Shown: positions 27,120-40,467, numbered from the stretch's first letter. The stretch is 64,000 nucleotides of DNA from Octopus sinensis (GCF_006345805.1 NC_043000.1:39308001-39372000), one strand, 5' to 3'. Notes: generated by a model not told the origin, from the letters alone. Program-made: numbers and translations.

Positions 27120-28130
27120 TATATATATATAACAATTTAGCTAGGAGTTAAATAACCACCTAAGGGATATTAAATATCCGAAGAATTTACTGGTTCTTTT
27201 TTACCCATGTCAATAACAATGTGTGTATATATAAATATATATATATACACATCATACCAAAGGCCACAAATATATTCTTACATATTCTCTCCAACAATAA
27301 ACAATCAATTAAAGACACTAAATTTTTCTTTTTTGTATATTTCTCTATCCCTGCATTTTGCTTTTTTATATATAATTGTATTTTGTCTGTCACTATGCCT
27401 GGGGGTTTAGTTTTGTCTGTAAACTGCTGAAAAATAAAACACTGCTTTGCGTATGAATTCCGACTAAATGAAATGATAATAGGATCCGATGGACAGGAAA
27501 CCTAAGGCAATCCCATAAAATGGCCTTCCCGTTTTTAGTAGATGTGCTCTACATCTTAGGGGGTGCTTCTTTTGAATTTATGTTTCTCACAAACGATATA
27601 TATAGATATGTGTACATCATAAAAAAGGCCACAATTGTATTCTTTCATATTCTCGCTTACAATTAGCAATCATATAAAGGCACTAAAATTTCTGCCAACA
27701 GAGCTTATATTTTTTCTTGAATTACCCCAATAATCGAAAGTAATTTATCCATAGATTAAACGAACATAAACTTAGTAATTCCTACAATTAGAAATACATT
27801 TTTAAAAATTCATTTCAATATATAGATTTAGAGATATAATCCAAGGGAAGTAATTATAAGAAAATACATAGGAGTAGCTTCCCTTGTATAGTCATCTTTT
27901 TTTTTTTAATGGTGTTATAAAATGGTGTTATGAAATTATACTTAACATACAAACGAGAAAGGTTCGAATTATTTTTGGGAGTTAAGGGCAAAAAGGTAAG
28001 ATGTCTATGTGTCATTTCGCCGCATGCAGTTAGAAGATGTAAGTACCTGAAGGCATTTTGTACGCTCATCCGATTCCGTTCACCTATCAATAACGTTTTT
28101 CAGCTTGCTGCCAAAAAGTGAGTTCACACG

Positions 28131-28207
<77 letters not shown>

Positions 28208-28670
28208 TTCTTTCTCTCTTCTCTCTCCCTTATCTCTCTCACTCTCTCTAACTACCTGTATATCTAACTATCTCTCTATCTATATATCTATCACTCTGGC
28301 TCTCTCACACACAGACACACACACGCGCACACACGCATGAGCACACACACACATACACGTCTACATAACAGCCTACTAACTACTCTACTTGTATATATAA
28401 ACTGTGAATATTTCCTGTTTATTGGGGATGTTTCATTTATGACAACATACTCCTGTATTTGCCTGAGTGTCGTGTCCTTTGGGCGCTTGGCTAAATATGT
28501 GTACATATATACATATACATACATACATATATATATATACACATACATATATATATGTACATACATACATATATATATTATGTATGTATGTATATATATA
28601 TATATATGTGTGTGTGTATATATATATACATATATACACACACATATATATATATGTGTGTGTATGTGTG

Positions 28671-28718
<48 letters not shown>

Positions 28719-29400
28719 ATTTAGGAATGGTCATTTTGCCAGTTTAGCCAATAAAAACACACGCACTATATATTTGGTGTTACTTTGATTGGGTTTTATA
28801 TCACCTGTTAGGTGGCCAGTCCAGCGTAACGTGACGTCATCAACGTTTTGACCAATCGTTTCGTTAGGTGGCTTAGTCAAGCCACCCAAACAATTCACAA
28901 GGTTCGCCAGAACTATCCAGCGAACACCGACCAAAAGTCATCACAGTTACTCAAGGTAAAATCTAAAATGAATTCCTCGCTCTTTCAGGAACATCAATTT
29001 TTTATATTGACTGCATATCACCACTTTGATCTATTTTTTATATTGAATGCACATCACCACTATGAACCACTGCATCATACTCTTTAAAACATATAGCATG
29101 AACGAACTCACTTCACTATATATGAACTTTTGATGTCTGACTCTATTGTATATTATAAATGAATTTTTTATATTTGATAGCATGAACTATCTTTTTTATA
29201 TATATAACTTTTTTTGATAAGGTTCATCATTTCAAGAACCGAAACATGTTATAATGTATATATAAAAATTAAAAATTTGTCTAATATAGCAGCATTTTCG
29301 AACTTCATTTTTTACAAATATATACCCACTCGTATACGAGCTAATCTTATTATAAATATATATATATATTATATATATATATATTATATATATATATATA

Positions 29401-30278
29401 TATAATTAATTAATAAGGGTGAGAGAATTAGATACTAATTTAATAGTATATCTATTCAACACCAAGTGGCCTAGTGCTCCGAGAAACCTGGATTATTATA
29501 ATATTTTATAATATATTATAATATTTTTACAAAATAAATATAAGAGAGTGGTCACTATATAGCTCACTCTAGCACCAGTTAATCCAAAAGGTTTCAACCA
29601 CAAAAATACATGTTTCCCATGAAAGTCAGTACGATTGTTAGCTCACACGGACAGGGCAAATAAAAAATAACAAAAATACAGATTATTTTGGGACAATTGT
29701 TTCGCTATTAATGAATTAAATGTAATTTTACTTACAAAAAAATCCACTTGTAGCTCGTCAGCCAAAACTATCTGGATGAAATCCACTCAATCACACGCCA
29801 GATTTTACCATAACGGTAAATACGCGTGTGGTTCAATTGATTACATCCGACGTCATAATTCAAATGCCCCAACTAACAGCGCGCCAAACTTTCACGGGAA
29901 ACAAATACTGCATTTAGAAATAAATGCAGCATAATTATAATTAATTAATAAGGGTGAGAGAATTAGATACTAATTTAATAGTATATCTATTCAACACCAA
30001 GTGGCCTAGTGCTCCGAGAAACCTGGATTATTATAATATTTTATAATATATTATAATATTTTTACAAAATAAATATAAGAGAGTGGTCACTATATGGCTC
30101 ACTCTAGCACCAGTTAATCCAAAAGGTTTCAACCACAAAAATACATGTTTCCCATGAAAGTCAGTACGATTGTTAGCTCACACGGACAGGGCAAATGGGA
30201 AACATGTATTTTTGTGGTTGAAACCTTTTGGATTAACTGGTGCTAGAGTGAGCCATATAGTGACCACTCTCTTATATT

Positions 30279-30284
<6 letters not shown>
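29401..30284. mobile_element. Penelope pLTR/retrozyme-like unit: 535-bp tandem (about 1.5 copies) plus terminal 88-bp inversion
   Basis: Repeat starts 29401 and 29936; 30197-30284 is the reverse complement of 30066-30153; contains a hammerhead. Confidence 0.75.
29686..29767 (-). ncRNA. Type I hammerhead ribozyme, canonical core, extended stem II
   Basis: ttttgg CTGACGA gcta-(43 nt)-tagc GAAA caattg TC ccaaaa; all core nucleotides canonical, G10.1-C11.1, palindromic ACAATTGT stem III. Confidence 0.85.
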
Positions 30285-30980
<696 letters not shown>

Positions 30981-30990
30981 TAGCCACTCC

Positions 30991-31031
<41 letters not shown>

Positions 31032-31509
31032 ATAGTTTACGAAAAAAACAAAAGACGAAGACAGGTGGTGTACAAATTAAACAGATGTATTTAGGAATAG
31101 AAAAATCTTTTACGTTTCGAGCCTACGCTCTTCTACATAAAGGGACACAGAAAAATACAAGGAGAGAAACAAGGAGAGAAAAAAATGTATTTAGTGGCTA
31201 ACGATCTATCATGGCGACTGACTTCGGACAAAAGGGTCACACACGAGAGCGAAGAAGTAGGAGAGATAGCAAAGTAAAGATAACCCCCAACACGAATGTA
31301 TATATGTATTGTAATATTTTGTAACAACCAGTATTTAACACAACAAAGCTTTTACAAAGCTCTTACATTTTCCTTTTGACAATCTTTTTCTAAAAAAGTG
31401 AAACCGGTCAAGTGAATAAGCAACTTTTGAAATTGCATTTTCAAACCTTCTTTCATATATATTTCCACTCGTACGGTATCTTATAACTTCACTTTGTTAT
31501 ATATATATA

Positions 31510-34500
31510 TATCCCGGGCCAGGTTTGTTGCTTTTAAGCTAGTTGGAGGTTTATATGAGGGGTTTGTAAGGTTTAGTTTCACACCCAACCCAGTTCTGCG
31601 CAATCAGTGTCGCGACGGGAACACATGGGTTGGGAGTTTGACTGGCAGAGGTGATCGAGTTGCACATGCCAACCCTTTTGACACCAACCACCCCTCACCT
31701 AACCTCCTCGTCCTGTATGAGTTTATAGCGATGATGGGAAAGTGGTGCTGATTCCGGCGAAAAGGCAGAGCAAGAAGAGAACAAAAACAGCATTCAAAGT
31801 GATTTTGTGTATGACACATGGCAGGAGGTAACAAAATAAGGTGAATAGTTCAAAGTTAATAACGTATGAAAGGATAGAAGACTCAAGGTTTCAATGGTAT
31901 AAATAAGAGGTATATCTTTTCGCCGGAAGGCTAAAATGGGGTCCCGATCCACTGAAACGAAGGAGGTTAGGTTCGGAACACAGGGGGCATATACAAACAT
32001 GGCATTATTACTTCCAACGCGGGAGCAGGCAACATAAAGTTGCCCATGTGAAAAGCAGGGCTCGCCCGAATGTACTCCCGCGATTGAGAGTGTCTGTCCT
32101 TGCGATTTGTTAATTGACATCGCAAAGCAATGCCTTCAACTAAAACCTAGACTAACCTTATGGAAGGTGGCTCGGGAGCCTCTAGTAGGCAGCTTCTAAT
32201 CCCGATCTATCACTAACCCATCCTAGGGTTTCTATACCTATGACAGGGCTGTGGCTTGTATTTTTCGAAGGAGTACGACTGCAAAAGGTTAAGGACCATT
32301 GAAGAATGTAGGTATGGGGATCCGCATAGTGGTAACTAACCAAAACTTGCCGACATCTTTCACAAAAAGGGTCCTATAGTCAGTTAAACATGCTTAATTT
32401 CTGGTTTTACCCACAGGGGCATATACAAACAGGGCATTCTTACTTCCAACGCGGAAGCAGGCAACATAAAGTTGCCCATGTGAAAAGCAGGGCTCGCCCG
32501 AATGTAGTCCCGCGATTGAGAGTGTCTGTCCCTGCGATTTGTTAATTGACATCGCAAAGCAAAGCTTCACCGGAAATTGCGCCCGGCGGAAAGTAAAGGG
32601 AATGTCTGATGGCGCAGAAAATATGTCCATTCTTGCAATGAACACGGTTTCCCTCTTTCCTTGTCCCGTTATGATGATCGCTTCAATCAAGTCATTGGAC
32701 AATGACTTGATGACCAATCGCGTGTCATTGCACTGTGTCGGCGGACGCAAATGCCGGATTAGCACGATGGGACAGCCCACTCTCAGCCGCAGAGTGTGAG
32801 GTGGCAGCCCTGATGGCATCAAAGCGTGCAACAACTCGATCGGGATTTGAGCAGCTTCCTGTGAGTCTGGGATTCTGTCAATGGACTTGTAGACACGTTC
32901 CTCACGCAGAATTCGGTTGAGGAGTTGTTCGTTGATGTCATCTATGGAAACGTTTTTAGGAGCCAAGATGGCTCATTCGCTGAGCTATGCCATGTCGGCA
33001 TACTTGTTTTGCAAATCCGGGAAAACCGAGTCATAGAGGTCGGAAGGGCGTTCAACTGAACTGCAAAAGTGCGAGATGGGGATTTCACCCTTATTATTTT
33101 TGGGAATCTTCCCTTCCTCAAGGTCTAAAAGGTCAGCAGCAAACGAGTAAGTGGGCGCACATGTTTGTTTCTAACCGATGTGTACCCACTTTTGTCCATA
33201 ACTCGGAAGACTTTAAGCACGCTTGGACCTCATCAGTCCTGGCGCCCTTAGGGATGATGGGGAGTGTTTGGCGGAAGTCCCCCGAAAGCAATACGACCAC
33301 ACTGCCAATAACGGCGAAGGAGTCCCTTGTATCTCTCAAGCACCTATCCATGGCTTCAAGAGCACCCTTATGTGCCATGGTGCACTCATCCCATACAATC
33401 AAATGACAACGTTTCAGGACGTCTGCGTCATCAGATTTTTTTTTAATATTACACGTTGGAGCCTCGGACCTTACCAAATCCAAAGGCAGTTTAAATGTAG
33501 AATGCGCTGTCCTTCTACCCGGCAGCAACGTAGCCGCAAGGCCCGAGATTGCCACGGCCAGTGCAATTTTCTTGTCTCGACGAACCCGAGCAAGAATTAA
33601 TTTAGTTACGAAAGTTTTGCCAGTGCCTCCGGGAACCTCGAGAAAGAAAATTCCACCCGCCCCTTGATTGACGGCATGAACGACCGCATCCTACCCCCGC
33701 CGTTGATCGTCCAAGAGTTTGGGTTCATTTTCCCCGATGAATAGTGCAAGTTTGTCCACGTCATAGGAAAGCTCCTGGTTTAATTTCGGTCCAAAAGTTA
33801 CAACGCCCTCTGATTGCAGGTGGCAGGCCGAATGTGCTCAGCGCTCCAGCACCCATGTCGATCAGATCATCCTCGATTTCAATGTTCAAGCAAGCTTTTC
33901 GGTGAGTTTCGCAGAACCCCTAGGCCTAAGGCCCTATACCACTGCAAATCATCATCGAGAAGCTCACGCTGTAGGCAGGCAGCCCGGTAGGTGTCATGGA
34001 CTACATCATGCACCGTGCGAATGTCCGCAAAACTTTACGGTCCGACAACTTCATGAAGGAGAAGCCGCAAATAAAAACATTCTTTAAAAGTCGGTGGCAC
34101 CATGTGGACCCTAGCAAGGGAAGTCGATTTCTTAACGTCCGGGAAAACGGCGACAGGTTCGCTCTTTATTTTACGCACCCAAGCTTTTTTCCCACTTATA
34201 ATAGGACGGAACGTTCGGGTGCAGCAGTTGCTTGGCAAACGGGTCTTTTTGTTCACAGTTTGAAGAACGCAGTGAGGGTTGTGTCCTTCGGTTGGGCAGC
34301 CAACTGAGCAGTATTGCCTTCGGTGAAGAAGACTTGCTGGTCATTTTCTAAATGAACCGCCAACTTAGTGACAGGCGGATTCCTGTGGTGGATTGAAAGA
34401 ATGAAAATCCGCCAGAAGGCCTCGCCAGTGCTCAGGTAACGGGCGGAGCTGTAATCGGTTATTTTATCACGCTCACTGGCACTTTGGAGTCCAAAAGCGG

Positions 34501-37500
34501 CTGCGTCTGAACCTTTGTTAACGTATTTGAAAAGGTATCTGATCGCCGATATGGAGCCGCAGAACTCCACATTGATATGCAATTCACGCGTAATTTCAAC
34601 CCACCTGGGATTACACGTGAAAGTTATAAAAAGGTCCGGTCGGCCAAATTGAAGGACGTACGTGAACATATCCTGTGTGCGTTCGTACATGTATCGCGCC
34701 ACCCTGTAAAAGTTGATGGAAGTAGGCAAGACTTCCCGAGGCGAGGTCACGAGGGTTCGCGTCGCTTTGAAGTCCATCGCGAAGGCAGGCGTAACTGTCG
34801 GAACGAAGTTCTCTTTGATGTATTTTCATGTAAGCCAGTCGTTCGGATTCTACCTTGGCACCCATGTCGACGGCAAACTGGTGGAACAGATCCCTTGTTC
34901 GGTGCAGATTGTTGAAATTGTTTGTGCGAAGCATGAAGCGGTAGGCGTAGAATGCCCTCGACGTTACTGTCTTTTCCAACGTTTCAGAAGGGTCATCTGG
35001 TTGGTGAAGCGGAATCCCGAAATGGTACCCATCTTCAACGTAGACAAAACGTAGTGGGTATTGTAACGCGTCATAGGAGCGATGGGATTCTCGAATCCTC
35101 TGAAGGCCACCACCACGTTTTGCGATGACTACGTCTCTTGGGTTGGATTAGTCTCCATGCAGAAGAACTGCCACCTCATTGCACGTGGGAGCATCGTATC
35201 GGCCGGGATGTTCGCCAGACGGTCGACTGTTGGCATCAATGATGATTTTGAAGTTGGGTGAATCCGTTGATTCCAGGGCGTACTTCAAGCTCGTAATATA
35301 CGTGTTGTTGTCATGGGACATATTTTGAAGCCCCAGAAGAACCTCTCTGTTGAAAGTTGGAGAGTCTTGGTTGTTACCTCTGCGTTGTGGGAAGATGGCT
35401 TCTCTAGCAGCGGCCTGCCTATCGTAGTCGGAGATGAAATATAACTGCAAAAACGCCGGTGAGTTGTTGTCTCTTGGAAGCAAAGATCCAATCAGGTGGT
35501 ACACCTGACCTTGAACTTTGAATGTTGGCATCCACCCTTGTTCCTGGACAACTTTGGCGCCGAAAGAAGTCATCTAGAATGCAGAATTGTAGGTCCGAAT
35601 GGCTTGTAGGAAGTCCGATGAACTTGGTGCAGTGCCAGCGAGAAGGTCCCGAAGAGGCTGTGGAGGGTCTCGAAGAGGAGGGAGCTGGACTTTGCCATTG
35701 GAACAGTACATGCCGGACGTTTCACCGGGCCATTTCATAGCCTTGCAGTGTTCGCAGATTGAGCGCATATTTCCAATGCGAATGTCGGTGCGAGAAGAGT
35801 AATTCGTCGTCGGAACGTAGTTGAATGCCTTCATGCCCCAGAATTTAGGCTTTGGGCTTGAAATTTTAATCTTTTCCTCTCGTCGTGCAGTTGTAGCCTG
35901 CAATCTTGTGCGCCTCCGCTCGGAGTTTTCTGTTGATCACGCGATGGCCGTGGTAGCAGCATCTTGAGAACGGCGGGCGTGTGTTTGTTCTGGAGTTTCG
36001 GCATCCCTTGCGGTGGCCGTGGCAGCAGCATCTTGAGAATGGTGGACCTGTGTTTGTTCTGAAGTTTCAGCAACCCTTGCGGTGGCCGTGGCAGCAGCAT
36101 TCCGAGAACGGTGGGCCTGTGTTTGTTCTGGAGTTTCGACATCCTTTGCGGTGGCCGTGGCAGCAGCATTCCAAGCTAATCGAATAGATCTGTCTTGGGG
36201 CTCTTCATTGGCCATTCTGGCCCTCTTAGCCTCTGAACCAGCCGTCCTTCTCCCAAATGCGAGGTCTCTTCTTTGGGAGCATTTTGGTCAATCAAAAAAA
36301 TGTAGGTTAACTGGAAATGTGGAATGAAGTAACTAATTTCGAACAAACGTTACCACACTTTTTCAGGTTTAGTGAATTACACAACAAAACGAAAATGGCA
36401 AAAGTGAGAACCGACTGGCAAACAAAGGGTAGTTAAAAATAGGAGAAATATTGGCTGGTCAAAACACAGTAATCAAAAAGTGATTTCAAACGAAAAAATG
36501 TTTTCTTATGTTAAAAATAGGATGCCGATATCGACCAATAGTTTATTTAGTCAATACTCAAAACTTATTTAGGTAATACTTAAAGCGTGTACTGATTTCA
36601 AACACAAAACGGTTATTTTAAGCAAAAGGGGAAGCAAAATGCAGCAGTGTTAATTGATAAGTTGCTCGGCAAAAATATGACCGGGCAACCCAAATAAACC
36701 TGATAAGTATAGTGTAGCGTTATGAATGAACAGAGAACTTGCGGTCAGTAACGATAACCGAACCGCAAAGCGTGATTGTGAAAAGCGTTGGAGTCTGGGC
36801 GCCAAAGCATAAATCCTCACGTTTAATCAGTGCATTGAATCTGATTGGGTAATGTTCTAGGCCGCGCGTTCAAGGTTGAACGGTTATACACGGCCTCAGC
36901 AGCGTTGCATTGTCATGGCCAGTACACGCACGCACGCATACGTCCAAGGTCATCCTCAGGAGCGTGACTAATTGTCTACGCGAGAATACGCGGGAAAAAG
37001 CTTTGTTAGGCGTTTAATGCACAGGTTATTAGGTGGGAGCGTAAATGTTGAGACATTTTCCATCACCCGTTTGATGATCCCGTGAATCTCTCGTGCACAA
37101 GAAAGACCTACGGGAATGTTATAATGAAGCGTTGGTTGTGAAGCCTTATTAAAGGCAGTACAGAAAAATTCGTGAGCTCTGGCCTTGAATTGTCTATGAA
37201 TTGTAGCCATGTTCATCTGCTTGATGGCTACCATTGGTAGAACCAAAAATGGTTCGAACAAAATTCTGGGTAAGGCTAAAAGATTGCAAACAGCACGACC
37301 TCTCCTCGTTAGGTTAATTGTCGTGCTACTGATCAATTGACAATTTTGGTCAATTCGAACCAGCTTAGGAATTCTTCACCGAAAAGATCAACCTGATAAT
37401 ACTAAGTATCAGCTATGTAGATATCAAATGATTCGATCTGTAGCTAAATAAAGCCGCTATATTTATGCAAGCAAAGAAACGTTTCGAAAAATCCCTTAAG

Positions 37501-38055
37501 GGTTCAACTCGCTGGATAATTTTTATCAATTGAAAGCACTTCTTAAGTAGAGACATTAAATAGGCTCCAACTCCCTTATGGCATACTTCAAGAATGATAG
37601 CATAGCAAGCATATTTGGCCTTTCATGAAATTCCCGCTTTTTCTTGGCATTCACTTAGCCGTATTCGTTAATTAATTATTTCTCACGTGTTCATAAACTG
37701 GCCTCTTAGCTTGCGCATTGAGTCATGCATGCATATATAGCTGCGTGCGTGCGCACATGCACGCTAGTACTGTCCAAATCACCGACCAATCACATACAGC
37801 TAGCTGGCATTCAACTGGCGTATCAAGTTTTGGGCATTTTGATTGGATTTTGGATAGAAAATTCACAAAAAAGTCACTTCAATTGATTTTTAATGGCTTT
37901 GCGGGGTGACTGGGGAAATGTAAAGATGTGCACGACCACCCTTGGGCGGTTTTGAATGACCATAGAAAGTGCGAGCCCTCTAACTGGAAAAATGTGGATT
38001 TGTATAAAGGACAGACACACACAGACAGACATTTTGCCGTTTATATATAGAGAGA
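31510..38055 (-). mobile_element. Helitron, deletion derivative of an autonomous element
   Basis: 5' end A|TCTCTCTATATATAAACGGC at 38055; Rep-Hel coding remnants; canonical 3' CTRR end not found, so the left boundary is approximate. Confidence 0.85.
32394..36290 (-). pseudogene. Helitron Rep/PIF1-helicase ORF, disrupted
   Basis: CEHCKAMKWPGE...CSNGKV, YNSAF.MTSFGA, FKVQGQVYHLIGSLLP, GRPDLFITFTCNP, YLFKYVNKG, GGTGKTF, IVWDECTM, GDFRQTLP, QFPVKLCFAMSINKSQGQTL, HGQLYVACFRV. Confidence 0.92.
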
Positions 38056-38412
38056 TATTAGGGTAATAAGAATTATAGAAATTATTATTACCAATGGCCT
38101 AGCACAACAAAAATTTATCAATAGAATATATATTATTCATATAATAAATATCGTGTACATTAAAACACATTAAGAGGCTTCCATCATAGGAAAGCCTTGT
38201 GCTAGAAAGAGCAGTAGTCAGAAACCATGGTCTAGGAAATAAATTAGATGGTAAATGTTTTTAATTTTCAATCCTTTCGAGAATTTATCCCTAATTAGTG
38301 GTCTGAGTTTTCTAATGCCCTTTCTAGCACAAAGCTTTCCTATGATGGAAGCCTCTTAATGTGTTTAATGTATACGATATTTTATATATATATATAATTA
38401 TATATATATATA

Positions 38413-38804
38413 CTAGCAGTATCGCCCGGCGTTGCTCGGGTTTGTAAGGGAAATAACTATATAAGCATTTTTAGAGAGTTATAGCCAAAAAATAGGAAAA
38501 AAATGCATAAAAAATGGAAAAAAAATTAAGGTAAATTTCTTTTTAAATCGTTGACACATCGTAGATATTTTTAGAGAGTTACTTCCCTTATATAATAGCG
38601 AAAAAATGCATTAAAATGGAAAAATATGATGGTAATTTTTTTTAAATCGTAGATTCATCGTAGACGCGCGCTAATACCCAAAACGGCTCGATATGAATCA
38701 CGACTATAAGATACCCGGTTTTGGTTACACTGCACCGCAAAATGTGGGAGTAGTTAGGAATCTAAATCGTAGGAGACACACAACTTCACTCTTATATATA
38801 AAGA
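38413..38804 (-). mobile_element. Non-autonomous Helitron (same family as 9179-9577)
   Basis: A|CTAG...CCCGGCGTTGCTCGGG at the left end, TATATAAAGA|T at the right end. Confidence 0.85.
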
Positions 38805-38829
38805 TATAAGCCACGTAGTTATATACACA

Positions 38830-40130
38830 TACTTTGTTATATACGCATTCTTAAAAGAAAATGTTATTTTGAATACAACATTTGTAAAGAATAAAATATT
38901 TTTTGGTTTTTCTTAATCCTTTCGTTACTATATTTCTGACCAAAATACACCCCTTATGTGTTTTAATTAATTTCTAACGTAATCATAAATTTAGTCTGGT
39001 TTCATTAAACAACTATAACTTTTTTATTTATCAATATATTAATGTGATTTTTGGAAGATAATTTAATGAAATGTCCTCAACCAATTCTATACTATAATTT
39101 TTGTCACAAAGTGACTCTAATTGCAGGTAGATACAGGTAAATTCAACAATATATAAAATTATTAAAATTTTGTTCAAACATCGCTATAGAAAATGGGTTA
39201 TTAGCTAATATTCAATTGGGTATACAACAAAATTTTACAATAGAATTTGTTATTCTGGGTAACTTTCTGTAAAATTATTAAAATTTTGTTCAAACATCGC
39301 TATAGAAAATGGGTTATTAGCTAATATTCAATTGGGTATACAACAAAATTTTACGATAGAATTAGTTATTCTGGGTAACTTTCTGTAAAATTATTAAAAT
39401 TTTGTTCAAACATCGCTATAGAAAATGGGTTATTAGCTAATATTCAATTGGGTATACAACAAAATTTTACGATAGAATTAGTTATTCTGGGTAACTTTCT
39501 GTAAAATTATTAAAATTTTGTTCAAACATCGCTATAGAAAATGGGTTATTAGCTAATATTCAATTGGGTATACAACAAAATTTTACGATAGAATTAGTTA
39601 TTCTGGGTAACTTTCTGTAAAATTATTAAAATTTTGTTCAAACATCGCTATAGAAAATGGGTTATTAGCTAATATTCAATTGGGTATACAACAAAATTTT
39701 ACGATAGAATTAGTTATTCTGGGTAACTTTCTGTAAAATTATTAAAAGTTTGTTCAAACATCGCTATAGAAAATGGGTTATTAGCTAATATTCAATTGGG
39801 TATACAACAAAATTTTACGATAGAATTTGTTATTCTGGGTAACTTTCTGATACCCATAATAATATTTATGGCAAAATAGGCCTTAATTTCATTTAAGGTT
39901 GTGGGAAATAACAAACTATCGTTTCTTTCGTTTTGTTTACGTTTAGCGTAACGTTTCGTTTCTGCCGTAATGATTTCAAATAGGCTCATTCGAAAAAGTA
40001 AATAGAAATAGTGTAAGGCTTTAGTCTTCTGGGAAAGTCTGTGGCTTGGTGCAGTTTCTTCAGAAAAATCACCGAAAGAAACAGTTTTTAAATTTTCACT
40101 CTATTCAGGTGCTAATTCGTGTTCTTAATC
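38830..40130 (-). pseudogene. piggyBac (PGBD-like) transposase relic
   Basis: KALHYFYLLF...EIITAETKRYA...TTLNEIKAYFAINIIMGIRKLPRI matches the piggyBac N-terminal region; catalytic core not seen. Confidence 0.65.
39153..39849. repeat. Tandem array, 6 x 116 bp
   Basis: GTTCAAACATCGC recurs with G at 39172, 39288, 39404, 39520, 39636, 39752. Confidence 0.95.
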
Positions 40131-40249
40131 GCTGTCGGATTCACTGTTTTCACTTTAATAGCTGCCAACTTGCAAAGACAAAGGAGGAGAAGGGTGATAG
40201 CGTCAGTGAAACAATTCGCTCCCTTTGTGTGTGTGTGCGTTTGCGTGTG

Positions 40250-40467
40250 GTGTAAACCACATTAAGAAAAACATTTGACACACACACCAGAATGTGAGTT
40301 TTCTGTAAATTTTGCTTAATTGGAGTTTAAATTTTAAAAACTGGACCTGGCATGACGCGATGCATTGTACTCTTAAAAATGCTAGGTAAATTGTAATTGA
40401 AGAAATCCTATATTGTAGATTTGTATAACTCCCAAAGGGAGGCAGATAAAATCTGCCTTTTATAATA

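Noticed and set aside
39153-39849. CRISPR-like array
   Set aside because: Head-to-tail identical units without spacers, eukaryotic context, no cas genes
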